From assembly GCF_036321535.1 (NCBI RefSeq), contig NC_087455.1, positions 310,001 to 374,000 on the forward strand: 64,000 bases of DNA, in the 5' to 3' direction. A program made the translations under genes and the position numbers. Positions within the stretch are counted from its first letter, which is position 1, and each line of letters starts with the position of its first letter. This stretch comes from Camelus dromedarius (taxonomy: Eukaryota). Shown one piece after another: positions 12,071 to 26,163 of the stretch. A model generated the notes under the pieces. The model had not been told where the DNA came from and made no database searches. It saw only the letters and a list, made by a program, of their open reading frames with translations.

Positions 12071-13059
12071 CAGGTGCCTGACTTGCGGAGGCACCCAGGG
12101 GAGCAGCACAGACCGAAACACAGGAGACTGTGAGCTTGTGACTGAGTGGGCAGGACGGAAAGGGCTATCCCTCTGTGGCGTGTGCGGCTGTGACACGTCT
12201 ACTGCCCAGCCACCCTGAGCTCAGCCCAGAGGAAACACTGGTGGTCTGCCAGCCACGGCAACGCTCTGCCCCAAGCCTTGCCCGCACAGGGAGGGATATT
12301 CAAACCTGCCCAGACAGTGGGCAAGGCTCTGCAGGAGCCCCACCCTTCATTTGAGTCCTGGAGGTTCCCAAGGGCCACCCACATCCACACCCTGCTCCTC
12401 CTTCCAAAATGGAAGGAGGTTCTATCAGGTGGGTGGGGTTGAAACTTATAAAGCTTGCCACACAAAATCAACAATAGCCAAAGTCAAGGACTGCTCAAGG
12501 TCTCAGGGAGCCCTGGCATGGGAACACAGGGCTGAGATTCCGTCCCAGCCACACGGTGGTGCCACCACCTGATCTCCACCTCCACCCTGCAGCCCCGTCC
12601 CTTTCCACTTTCCTGGACCTCCCCTGCCCCATCCACAACCTCCTGACTCTCTACTGACCCTGCCACTTAAGCCAACTCCAATCCCCCCATCTCCCACACA
12701 CACCCTCTCCTCCTTATTGGAAGCTCTTTGAAGACCCGTCTGCAGGCCCTGTCTCTGCAGCCCCACCTCCCATGCACTCCTCTGTAGCACCAGTCTGCCT
12801 GATCTCTGTCACCACCAAGGAAGGATGCAGCCCAGAATCCTCCAGGGACCGTCAGGCCTCGCAGCGTTCCTGGCAAAGGAGCCCACACCCCTCCCCATGG
12901 GACCCTCTCCCCAGGGAATCTGTGGAACTAGACTTTCCTGTACCTCTATGTCCTGTTTCCTCAATGTGCTGTGCTGGCAAGGATTTGCCCGAGGCCCCAG
13001 AGCTTGGAAATGGTGGGGGGAGGTTCCCACCCTCCCTTCCACCACCACGCAGGGGTTCA

Positions 13060-13560
13060 GTATGGTGGTGGCATGACACACATGTGGAAAGGTGATCAGG
13101 GCTAGGGTCAGGGGGCAGAGATTGGGGGCTAGTCTGCAAAGACAGGAGTGTTATCCTGAAGTCTGTGAGGAAGATTTCAAGGAGACTTCAAGAATCAAAT
13201 CTGCATTTCAGACCCATCAACTCTGGTAGGTGAGAAGGATAAAGTCAAGGGGCTGAGACAGAGCCAAGAAGATCAGTAGGAGCAAATGCTCTTAACTCAG
13301 AAGGAAATAAGGAGCCCCAGCAGCAGGCTACTGGGCAGGGGGATGGAAAGCAAGGGCCGGGATCAGGGGTATTTAGGCGGAAGTTTGGAAGGAGCCTGAA
13401 GGTGGGAAGACACTGCCAGCGAGATGTCTGGCTTTGGCCAACAGGTAAACTGTGGTAGAGGCTTTGGGCTGGGTCACCAGAGCCTCACCTGAGACTGAGG
13501 TTCCAAAACTGCATGCAGTGGAGACAAGACCCCAGCGTTGAGCCCACAGATACAAGGGCC
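13060..13560 (-). mobile_element. Degenerate L2 fragment(s)
   Basis: Purine-rich block with antisense-L2-like words (gagatgtctggctttggccaacagg, aaggataaagtcaaggg). Confidence 0.35.
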
Positions 13561-14349
13561 TCCTTCCTAGCAGCCTGCCAGCTCAGGCAACCTTCTGAGG
13601 AGAGCAGAGTCTAGGATGAACCAGTGGAGAGCCTACAAGGAGGTGAGGACAGTCCTGCTAAAGCTTCCTCATCCCATTCTGAGCAAGAGCTCGGGTGGAG
13701 GGTGGGGTCAGGTAGCTGGCTCAGAGCACCACACATCCCCCAACCAGGGACTCCCAGAGCCAGCCACCAGCCCCTCAGGCAATTCAGCTCCAGGGTGGGG
13801 CTACCCTCAGTACCTCTGAAGAGAAGTAGGGGGCCCAGCCAGGAGCACAGAGGCCCCTTTACACCCCTTCCAGGGAAACCCAATCCTGCCAGGGGAGCAC
13901 CTGAGGAAGCAAGGACAAGGACTGAGAGGAGCAGTGTTGTGCTCCCCTCCACCTCCACCCCCGAGGTAAGGATCCAGGAAGAAAAGGAAGGCCCAGGGCT
14001 TTGGGGAGGGCTAGCTTTTCTTCAGCTTCCCTAAACCTGAAATGATTCCACATACACGTCCCCTCTCTGCACCCATGGAGACTAACCCCATAGTGGCCTC
14101 AGACTCTGCTCCAGGACAGGGAGGGGCCCCCACCAGGCATGGATACCCCCTCCCAGGCCTGGAGCACCTCGATACCAGCACAGGGCCAGGCACTTTCAAC
14201 ACATCAGTCACTTTTCTTGCCCTGAGATCAGTCTGTGAGCTGGAGCCCAGAATCCCCATCACAAGTGAGGTGACTTGAACCCTTGGAAGTTTCAGGAACT
14301 TGCCCCAGAAAGGCTCCAATTTCTCCTCTGGCCTAACTCCAAAGTCCAC

Positions 14350-14480
14350 ACAAAGCCTGAGCAAGTCACTTCTCTGCAGGTCTCAATTTCCTCAGCTGAA
14401 AATGGAGATAATTTTATGCTGCCTACCTGACCAACAGGTTGCAAGAATGAAAACAACTCCAGTTATAGCTAGAACGCGGA
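14350..14480 (+). mobile_element. MIR SINE fragment
   Basis: gagcaagtcacttctctgcaggtctcaatttcctcagctgaaaatgggagataat matches the MIR core. Confidence 0.65.
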
Positions 14481-14649
14481 AAGCCCTGCTGGTGGCCTTC
14501 ACAGCCGGCCTCTTCAGAAGCCTTCCTGACCCTGACATGGGCTGTCCTGGGCCTCAACCACCTGAGGCCCAGTCGGGCCTGGAGACTTGTGCCCTGACTC
14601 TGGCCCCTCCCTGTCTCCCCTCTCCCCTGGAGCCCCGGCTTCCCCTCTC

Positions 14650-15160
14650 TCCCCAAGGCCGGCCTCCTCTCTCCGGCCCCCATCCCCCGACCCGTGTCCG
14701 GTCCCCCGGCCCGCCGCGCCCCCACGCCCAGGGCCCGGCCTCCTCTCCCCACACCCAGCCCAGTTCTCCCTGAACCGGGGCCCGGCCTCAACTCTCCGCA
14801 CCCCACCGCCACCGGCGCCCGGCCTCCTCTCCCGCCTGTAGGGCCCGGAAGTCCGCGCCTCACCTTCCGCCTCGCGCACGCAGCCACCACCCAGTCGATC
14901 GGATCCCGTCGGCGAGTCAATCGGCTCAGCTAGCCTCCCGGCGCGGCGGGGGCGGGCCCCGCTCCCGGCCCTCGCCATGGCAACGAGACACTTCCGGCCT
15001 GCAGGCCCCGAGCCGGAAGCCGCGGCGCCCGGCGGGAGCCGGGGGCGGGGCCAAGCGGCCCGGGGGCGGGGCCTGCCCAGGGCGACTGGGAGCCGTCGCA
15101 GACGGTGCGGTGTGAACGTCCGCGGCTGGGGCATCCTCGGTGCGGATGAGACCCGGCTGA
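14650..15160. promoter_or_regulatory. CpG-island promoter of PPP1R16A
   Basis: Dense CpG, several GC boxes, ETS/GABP motifs CCGGAAG near 14845 and 15012 and CTTCCGG near 14991. Confidence 0.8.
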
Positions 15161-15174
15161 GGCCGGGAGGGCAA

Positions 15175-15530
15175 GTAGTTAAAAGGTTCTTAGAAAGGTG
15201 GTCATCTATTTATGCTGATTTTAAGGAAAGGTCACACACAGTTCACTCGACCCTCGACTGACCCCAAAGCAGGGGCATCACGGGTGGAAAGAACAGCCTG
15301 CGTCAAAGTGGAAGGACCCAGTGCACTGCAGATATGGGAAGAGCCGAGGTGGGAGTTTAGGAGGGTGGGGGCTGGCAGCGGGGGTAAGTAGTCAGGACAT
15401 GAGGAGCCTTGAACGCCAAACCAAGAGCGGGCTTTATCCTGGAAGCGAGGGAGCACCAGTGGAGGAAAGGGTGTGACTTAAGAGTTGTTGGAGAGAAAGA
15501 CCTCTTTGCTGACCGCGTGGGGCTAGGAAG
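15175..15530 (-). mobile_element. L2 fragment
   Basis: gagccttgaacgccaaaccaagagcgggctttatcctggaagcgagggagc and ggaaagaacagcctgcgtcaaag match antisense L2 motifs. Confidence 0.55.
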
Positions 15531-17148
15531 CTATATGTAGCCTGGTAAGACACCAGGACCCCTCAGCTAGAGCCCTGGAAACAGACAGGAGTTGGCGGGG
15601 TGTTGTAGGAGTCCAGAGGAGGCCCGGTGCCGTCTGAAGGGAGGGCCTGAGATAGTGGAGGGGACAGTGTGGTGCCCCCATGCATCATCCATCCCAGCCT
15701 CAGGCTTCCTCCAGAGCTCCCATCCCTCATTCCTTCCCTCAGCACCTCAGTGAGAGCTGGGCACCCTCTGCATGCTGCAGATTTTCAATACTTCAAGGGT
15801 ATAATGGGGGGGGGTGCTGCTGCATATGAAAAGCTGAATTCTTGGAGTAAAGTGATATAAAGTGTGTCCCTGTGCTCCCGTGACCTCCCTCAGGTCCTGG
15901 GGTCCTAACACCAACACCACCACCACAGCTGGTGCCCAGTCCTCACCAGCAGGGAATCTGGGTTTTGAGGCAGGGTACAGAGCACAGGCCCTGACTGACT
16001 TGAGGATCAGAGCCACAGACCAGATGTCCAGGGAGGAGGTGAGGGGACAGAAGGGTCTGAGACACAGGAGGACCATGTCTCAGGGCAGCAGCCAGATGCA
16101 TTTTTCCAGGACCACACCTTGGGGCCAGGCCTGAGCAGGGGGTGCTGGCCCTGCAGGCCTCCCCAGTCTCCACTCCCTCTCCTGGAGTGCCCCTCCTCTG
16201 CTCAGGGCAGCTCCCCACCAGCCTGGGGAGCATTTCCCTCCGAGCCTAACCTGCAGGGCCCTGAGGCTGCCTGGAAAGCTTTTTCTGTGAACCCATATGT
16301 AACACACCTGCACTCACTCTTGCCTAGTGTGAAGCCAGGTGGTCCTCCCGGGCACCCCTGGGAAGGAACCATAACCCATGGGGCTGTATTCTCAAGGCCT
16401 GGCCCCCAGTGAACCCCTACAGCTAGAAGGCCTCTCCCTCCATGCACACCCTCCCAAAGGCACTGCCTGAGTGCCCAAGAGAACCAAGTGGCATTCTCCC
16501 AAGGGACCAGAAGAGGAAGAGGGAGACAAACATGCTTCCAGGATGTCATTTGGGGCCAGGCAGATCCAGGTTCCCAGGGCCAGTGAGGTACACAGTGAAT
16601 AATGAGGGCTGGTCAGCTCCCAGGACTCACTGTGGACCCGCACCAAGGTGGGAAGGAAAGTGGCCTCAAGGGCCAGGGGAAGCCTGCTGGGGCCCTGCAG
16701 CAACCTGTGCGGAAAATCCCTTGAGTCAACCATGTCCCTCTTTTGTTTCTGAACTTTCTTCTAGGAAGCCCTCCTAGACTACCACCGAAGTCAGGCTAGG
16801 GCTAGCTGCTCGGCCTTGAACTCTGGGCAGGGCCCACCCCTTATTGGGCAAATCACTCCATTTGTTAAATGCGAGCCTGAGATCCAGCTGGGATAAAGGA
16901 ACTGTGGGTCATAAACCCCTTGGAAGGGCTTTTCCTTCCACCTCTGGGGGGGTGCCAAAGGCAGCCCAGGAGTGAGGAATGAGGCCTGGGTGGCCGCCTG
17001 CAGCCCCCACTGGAATCTCCCCTGCTCCTCCCTTCCAGATTAACCGAAACCTGCTAATTGTGGCTGCCCTCTGCATGCTCCCCTCCCCCACCGCCTATTT
17101 CTACCTCCCTTTGCCTCCCCTCCCCTCCCCCTTCCATCCGAATGATAA

Positions 17149-18783
<1,635 letters not shown>

Positions 18784-19296
18784 GCCTCCCAGGGCAGGGG
18801 CAGCTTTCCTCTCCCACCCTCTCCCGCCACCATCTGGCTTGTTGAGGGGAAACCAAGGACAAGAGGACCAAGAGGTGTGCGTAGCTACAGCAGCATTGAG
18901 ACACGAGGCATCAGTCGAGCTGAGAGTCCACATGTTTACTGGACTGCCCCAGAAGAGCTGTGGCCCAGCTGGGTGTCACCCTGGCCCTGGTAGTCAGCCA
19001 TGCCTCACCTACCCCAAGGCAAGGCTGGGAGCAGGGCTCTGTTTGGAGTAGCCCTTCCTGGTCCCATCATCTCTGGCCCTCTGCCCATCTATCCAACCAT
19101 CCATCACCATCAGTCACCTCCCCTCCCTGGCTCCGGGCTGGGGGAGGGAAAGCCTAATGGCAGCTCCGGCCTGAAATCCTGTCCTTCCTCAAATGCCTGG
19201 AAAGGGGGTAGCACCTTCTGGGGGAGAGGGAACAGAGGCCCTACCTAGTTTTGATGGTGGTAGTGGGGAAGATAACAGTAAAGGAACAGACAACAT

Positions 19297-19302
19297 TTTA
19301 AT
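19297..19302 (-). terminator. Probable KIFC2 poly(A) signal ATTAAA
   Basis: tttaat on + about 300 nt past the KIFC2 stop, in a locally AT-rich block. Confidence 0.6.
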
Positions 19303-19605
19303 GCAAGTCTGATATTTGGTGGCTGGGTAGTGACTCTGGTGACCACTTGGCCAGGGTCTGCCTCCCAGCTCTGAGACCCCCTGCGGCGCACTGCGATAAC
19401 ATCAGATGGTGATAAGGAAGGGGCTGAGAGCCTGGGCCAAGGGGAGGCAGTCATTACCCCAGGCCAAACACGGGGTTAGAGGAGAGGCAGGTAGACTGGG
19501 AGTTTTGGGGGCACTGGGTCCCTAGAGGTCGAGGAGGTCGTGAGGAGAGTGGGGTCTTTGCTGCCTCTGCCGGCAGAGACGCGACTCCAGACTCCTCGGG
19601 CGGGA

Positions 19606-22600
19606 CTACGAAGGCAGCTCCTCTGGTGGTGAGAGGGCCGAGCTGGAGCCGCTGTCCAGGCCAGGGCTTGGCGGGCTGCCGGGGGATGGCGTCGGCGTGC
19701 AGGGCGTCCCAGTGAGCGGTGTGTCCGTGCTCAGGGAGGAGGGCGTCCCAGAGCGCGGGGCCCTGCGGGGCCTAGCCGGCCCCAGCTCCACTTGGCCCAC
19801 TCGCTCGGCGAACTTGAGCGAGCACACGGTCTCGCCGAGATCCTCGGGCCGCGTGGAGATCTGCGAGGGAGCGGGCTGGTGGGCGGGCCCGAATGGGCGG
19901 CGCCTGGCATGCAAACCACCCTCCCGCGGTCCTGCTGGGTGGGCCCCACCTGCAGCAACAGCACTGCCGTGGCGCCGGGGCCGAGTGCGGGCTGCAGCAA
20001 GCGTGTGAGCTGCGAATCGCGGAAGGGCACGTGTGGCCGGCGGGCCCGCAGCGCAGTCATCACGCCTCCCAGCGCCAGCAGCGAGCGATTGATGGTCCGA
20101 GCTTCCCGCAGACGTTGGGCACCGTCCCGGTCCTCCCACGAGGTGCCGGCTGTCCCCGCCTTCCAGGCACGCTCGGATCCGGCCAGGTCCACCAGGTGCA
20201 ACGTGCCTGTGGGGACGCGCGAGCCCGACATCAAAGGGGGCCCGGTGTCGGTTCGGCGACGCCCCCCACAGGGCTCAGGCGCGGGCCGTGGTACCTGAGG
20301 TGGCAGGACCGCGCAGTGGGGACGCCGTGCGCAGAGTCAGCGTGACCAGGGCATGCGAACGAGAGCTGTGCTGGTTCATGACGGTGGCGGCGGTGGCCCG
20401 GTTGCCCCTTCCCAGGCTCAGCATCTGGAGGCCGGAGCAACAGGGCTGGCCTACTGCAGGATCTGGGCCCCAGGTGAGAGCACCGCACGGGGCCTTGGAG
20501 GACTTCATGGCCTTACCTGATGCAACGACTCCAGGTTGGGCACTTCCCAGTGGGTGAGGCCAGCCACCTGGATTCCCCCCTGGCCTGCTGGGCCTTGCCT
20601 CACGGCCAGGCGCTGGGGAGGCCCTGGGGCTAGGAGGTCCCTGGGTGTGAAAGGGGGGGGGCTTTGTTGGGAGTTCTAGGAGGGTGGAACCAAAAGAAGG
20701 CGGGGCAGAGGCAGCCAGGGACAACCCTGACCTGACAGCTTCGTTGTAGATCTCCACCATGCTGAGTGTCACGTGGTGCTGTCCCCCTGTCCCCATCTCC
20801 CGGAACAGTGACTGCAGTGCCCTAGGAGCTATGCCAGGGTCCTCAGGTGGACCCTGGGGACGGGGCAGGGTGCCACATTAGGCTCATTTCCCAGCCCCTG
20901 GCCTCAGGAGCCACCCAGACTCCCCACTTTCCCACCTCCATGCTGTAGGTCTTCCCTGTCCCCGTCTGACCATAGGTGAAAATGCAGACACTGTAGCCTC
21001 CAAGGCAGGACAGCACAGCTGACTCCAGTTCTCTGAAGACCTAGGGGTAGGAGGAGTGGGAGGGGCCCTAAGCCCCGGACATGAACAAATCGATTTCTCT
21101 GGGAGGAGGATGGGTCTAGCTAGGGGAGCATAATGGGAGGGTGGATCTTCCAACAGACAGAGTAGGCTCCCTGGAGAACATGGCATTTGCAAGAATTTGC
21201 CAAGCAAAGACAGGGAGGGACATGACAGGAAAAGAGAACAGGTGATACAGAGTACTGGAGTCCTGACAACAACCACTTGGGAGGCCAGGAGAGTACCCCG
21301 GGCTTGACTGCCAGGTTCAAATCCTGCGTCTGGTTGGAGGCAAATCACTCAGCCTTCCCCTATGAGAGATAAGGACTACAGTGGCACTTGTTATGAGGGT
21401 TAAGTGGCAACATCTACCAGGAGGGCTAGTGCAGCACCCAGCACACGACAGATGAACCCTGAGGGCCCCATGGGTGTGGGGGACAGTGGCCAGCTGAAGC
21501 CTGAGAGGGTGCAGAAAGGCAGGTGAAGGGAAGATGGAGATGGGACTTGTGTCCTGTGGCAACTGGACACCAGCAGCAGCCTTCTGAGCAATGAATTCGC
21601 CAGATTTCATGCCCAGAAGGTGGCTGATAACTGAGCGGGCTGTCAGTTCTGCGTGAAGTGTTGGCTGCCAGTCAAGAGGGCAGAATCAGAACTGCCAGTG
21701 GGGTCACTCAGATTCCACGACCAGAAAGAAGCACTGGGGGTGGCTGTGGCGGGGGCACTGTGGCACTGTTGCAGAGGTGGGAACATAGGCGAGGGGACTT
21801 CTAACAGATAACTTTAGCTCTGTCATCCAGATGCGTTGAATTGGAGGGCCCTGTCCAGAAAGGCTATCCAGAAAACAGTGGACAAGGAGGGCCCCGTTCA
21901 GGGCTGCAGTTTGGGACGGAGGCTGAAGACGGGGTTGGGGGTAGTGTGGAGGATAACCAGAGAGAAAGGTAGGTGGAAAACAGCTGTGGGACCCCAGGAA
22001 GTAGGGGAGAGAGCCCCAGCCGCCTGCCAGGCACTCTCATCACACTCTGTCCCTGTGAGGCCAGCACAGGTCTGAGTCTGACAGCTCTGCCCCTTGACTC
22101 ACCCCCTCCCGACTCTCAGCCTCCATTTCCTGAGCTATGGAAGGTCGAGTTGCAAAGTCTGTGTGCGATGGAGATGGTGTATGTGAGGCAAGGTGGTGGT
22201 GGGGCTGTGACTTAAGCCTCTGTGACTTAAGCCTCTGTTTTTCAGCTCACTGGGTCTAGCAGGAAAGGGGAGGGAAGCAGGGAGGATCTGTGTGGAACAA
22301 TGGGAAAGCCTTGAGGCTGGAAGATCACCTGTGCCCCACCATTCCCCTGGCCACAAAGTAAGGAGGGGTGCCCACTGTCAGGGCTGGGCCGGGGAGTGGG
22401 CAGCTGAAGAAGCCTGGGGGGAGGAGGTCACAGCACTGTCCCCACCACAACAGCACCCCAGCCATGCTCCACAGCCAGCCTTGCATGAGCAGTGCCTGTC
22501 ACTTCAGACACGTTCATTATCATTAGTTTCCTGGTAAAAAAAAAGTATTTTTGAAAATGGTAATCTTCCTGTCTAAACCAGGAAGTCTCCTGCTTGCAGG

Positions 22601-25600
22601 GCTCGGTGGGGGAATACAAAGGGAAAACCCTGGAAGGAAAGGAGGTGCCCAGCTAGGATGCCAGTCTGCCTCCCAGACTCTGACTCCTTTCCCTTCCCTG
22701 CTAGAGTCCAGCCACTCTCCCTCTGAGGAGGGCAGGCCAACAGGGAAGGGGAACTCAGAACTTCTTCGGGACTCCAGGGGACTCTGAGGGACAGTCAGCA
22801 CAGGCGCAAGGGTGGGGCATCACCTCCTCCTGGCTGGCATGTGGAGGGAAGACCCAGTCTAGGCGGAAGCGACGCTGGTGCCCTCGATAGCAGGTGGTGA
22901 CAGTGCCACCCGGGCCAGGCTCCAAGCTCACCAGGCTGGAGGGTGTCCCTGGCCTCAGCCGACACAGCACACGGATGTTTCCTGGGGTGGAGAGCAGGTC
23001 AGCAGGGCTGCCTCCCAGGTCCTAAAGCACCGAGAGGCTCCAGTTCCTCCACCTCTCCCTGCCCCATCCCTGTACTCCCCAAGAATGCCATACCTTTGAG
23101 CTCCAACAGCCGCCCTGGGCATCCAGCTAGGGGCCCCTGCTTTGCCTCCTGGAACTTGGTCCCAGCCCCTCCAGCTGACAGTGCCCCCAGGGCCCAGGAT
23201 ACCTGGGGGAATAAAGATGTGAGGAAGGGAAACAGTCCAAGAAGAGCCAGGGGTTGGGGGTGCGGTGCTGAGAGCAATATCCACCACGGGGCCCCCCAGC
23301 TGTGGTGATCTACAACTTCCAATGGCTTCAGGCCCCTGGGGGCATCATTCAGGGGGCCTGGGATGGAGCTGAGGAACCAGAGGAGAACCATAGGCAAGGA
23401 CATCATCGGTCTCTCCAGGGCTTCCTGGCCACCCTGTGAGGGATTCACTGTCACCCCAGTTTGCACAGAACAAAAATGACACCCAGAAGTGAGATCACAC
23501 CCAGGATCACACAAGTTGTTCTGGTTCCAGAGCCCACAACTCCCTGGGGCTGGAAAGAGGATAAACAGAGGTTCCCAGAGTAGACCAGTGACAATGCTGC
23601 CCAGAGAGTAAGTGCAAGAGGGGAGCCAGTGGTCCTGACCTGACCCCGGGCTTCACTCAGCGAACCCTGACAGCTCTGGGTAAAGGTGCTGACCAGGCCT
23701 CGGAGGTCCCCACAGCCCTGACGCAAGCTGGCCATGCGTGCACGAAGTCCTGGTGGGCAAAGGTGGTTGAGGGAAAGCCCAGACCCAAGAGCTCTCCCAT
23801 GGGCTCCCTAGCCCCAGCCCTTACCTGCTAGCTGCCCATGCATCTGCTGCAGCTCCCTTCTGCAGTTCTGCTCAGTCTCCTGCTGGAGCTGCTGGAGGGC
23901 CCCCCGAAGGCCCTGCAGCTGCATCTCCTGTGCCCCCAGCTGCCCCGCCCAACCCAACCCCTGTCACTGAGGAAACAGGCACTTACCAGGCTTTGCCTCA
24001 GACACTCCCTTCCCAGCGCCCCCAGACTTCCCGGCCCTTGGGCCCAGCACCCACCTGGACTCGGAGGGCTTCCGTGGTGTCCTGGGCCTCCTGCAGTCGG
24101 CCCTGGAGCTCCGCCAGTGCTTCTGCCTCCTCCTGTAGGACGGGTGGGAGCCAGGTGAGCTATGGAGCCAGGAGGAAACTCAGGGAGAGGCACTCCAGCT
24201 GCCCCACAGAAAGTCAAGTTGAGAGGAGAACACAGAGCCAGTCAGGAATCCAAGCCTCCCAGTTCCATGCAGGGCTCATTTCCCCAAGTCCCTCTGCTCT
24301 CCTGGGGTCAGTCACAGAGGGGAGCCATAGGGTGGAGGGGAGGGATTCTCCTGTGGGCATCAGTCTTTTTGATGGGGACTGTCCCTGATCCTGGCTGCTG
24401 CCTCTGCTCCAGCAAGCAGGAGGTCCTGCGGGAGCCTGGGAAGTGTTGCTAGAGACCAGGTGTGCGGGAGGCCCAGACTGCAGGGACGGCAGAGACTAAG
24501 CAGGATACCTGTGGGGCCCTGCTGAGGGGGCCAGGGCCGCAGTGCAGCAGGAGGTCCCGAGTAAGGCTCAGGCTCTGTTTCAGGGCCTTGTTCTCCAGAG
24601 TTAGATACTGAACCCTTTTCTCCGAGTCTGTCGCCCCCTGCCAGAGAAGGAAGCCCTCAAGACTCACAATGAAAATCTCTCACGTCCCCACCCCCAACCC
24701 CGCAGCCTCACCACTCCCAGGCGCAGTTGGCCCAGCTCCTTCTCCTGCAGTTCCAGCTGCTGCTTCAGTTCTTCCAGCTGGAAAGGAGAGACAGGCACAG
24801 GGTAGACCACCTCCTTCTAGTCCTCTCCCAGTTCCCTGCTGCCTCCTGAGCCCCTCACCTGTCCAAGGATGAGCTGTTCCAGCCGCTGCCAAGCTCTCTG
24901 GTTCTCCTCCAACTGGGGAGGCTGCTGCCCCTGGGCCTCACCCCTTGGTGAAAGGGAAGGGCTTTCGTCTTGGGATGGGGTTCCTGGGGTGAGATGAACC
25001 CAGTTAGGACTGAAGAGCTCTCTGGCCTGAAGAAAGGGGCGCCTCAGGAGCAAGGCAGGGCTTAGGACCCTGCACTCCAGGCTGCTCAAGTTCTGGTGGG
25101 TGTCACTCCCTTGACAAACTCCCTCTTGAACTCACTACGCCTGACGCACCAGCAGGAATGGGGGACTGCACCCCTGAGGCTGCCTGAGTCCCCTGGGGCA
25201 CGGCCTGCCTCCCCCTGGGGCTCCGAATCCATGCCAGGAGGGCCAAGAGCTGACCAGTCACCGTCAACAATGGGGGGACATCACCAGGCTGCGAAAGAAA
25301 CAGGAATCAAAGTGGAGAAGGAAGAAGGTTGGGGTGGGGGAAACAGGGATGTGGAGATCAGAAGGACTGGTGAGACAAAACAGGTCGCTGGGAGAGTCTC
25401 AACTCCGCTTACCTTGCTCAGGTCGGGAGGATTCCCAAAGCTCTCCTCTGCCCCCAGCTGGACTGAGAGGAACTCAGCAACACGCACCAGAGCCTCTTCC
25501 AGGGAGACCTCGGCTGGACCGCCCTCAGCTCCCCCTCCCGGCCCATCCTCAGACTCCGGGCAGCCTGCGAGGCCAGGTGGTAGGAGGAATAGGCGTTCTG

Positions 25601-26163
25601 GATCATGTGTCAGAGGCTAGGCCACCAGCTGGCACCTGCCAGGTCCCTCCCTCCCAATGAGGTCAGGGGCACCCCAGCATCTCTCGGACGGCAGCGATCC
25701 CTCTTGGACCCAGGGACGCAGCGTTCCCGACGCACCAACAGCACCTACCGACCAGGCCGGTCAGCTCGGTCCACAGTTCTCCTGTGGTCTGGTCAGAACG
25801 GCGGCGGTCCCCAGGCTTGCAGCGGGTACTCTAGGGAGGGAGCAGAGGGAGCCCCTGAATAGAGGCCATGTAGCCTGTGGGGCTCCCTGTCCCCAAGGAC
25901 TGAACCGAGGGGTTGGAGCTGGGGTCTGAGCTTCCAACACCAGAGACGAGGTCCTCCGCACGGCCCCTCCCCCGCGTCAGTGCCATGGGACCTACGCTTT
26001 GCGGGCCTGCAGAGCGGTTCTCAAGAAGGGGGTCGCCTGCCGAGCTGCGCCCGCCCCCGCTCACCTGGGAGGGGTTCCCAGGGACCGCGGCCGCCGCGGC
26101 CCCGCCATCCCTGCGAAAGAGGCTGTAGAAAATGTAGATCAGCAGCGAGTAGAAGGCGTACAT
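19606..26163 (-). CDS. KIFC2: Kinesin-14 family C-terminal motor KIFC2, 784 aa; 18 exons: 26163-26065, 25830-25749, 25564-25413, 25288-25150, 24983-24859, 24777-24712, 24637-24509, 24132-24055, 23939-23825, 23749-23640, 23202-23094, 22981-22824, 21040-20936, 20853-20732, 20640-20517, 20424-20295, 20206-19950, 19860-19606
   Basis: N-terminus [21 protein letters not shown], coiled coil, [12 protein letters not shown]-loop GQTGTGKT, switch I SSRSH, switch [21 protein letters not shown]. Exon lengths sum to 2355 nt in frame with GT-AG introns. Confidence 0.96.
21305..21455 (+). mobile_element. MIR fragment in the largest KIFC2 intron
   Basis: ccaggttcaaatcctg..ggcaaatcactcagcc..gttatgagggttaagtggc..cagcacccagcacac. 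Confidence 0.55.

Larger units (their letters stand above)
1..14940 (-). other. PPP1R16A: 5' non-coding part of PPP1R16A: exon 1 at about 14940-14864 followed by a long intron; coding exons lie left of the window
   Basis: CpG island at 14650-15160 with a minus-strand donor GGAAG|GTGAG at 14864/14863. Conserved synteny places PPP1R16A head-to-head with FOXH1 about 2 kb away. No PPP1R16A coding sequence is recognisable, so the name rests on synteny. Confidence 0.65.

Noticed and set aside
22205-22238. Perfect 15-bp tandem duplication ctgtgacttaagcct, and a 13-bp duplication tgacagcatcccc at 54393-54418
   Set aside because: Two-copy intronic slippage events, apparently in MIR-like remnants, with no functional context.
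24500-24508. KIFC2 intron 7 donor GTATCCTG resembles the U12 5' consensus GTATCCTT
   Set aside because: Mismatch at +8 and no TCCTTAAC-type branch site near the acceptor; the 3' end looks U2-type.
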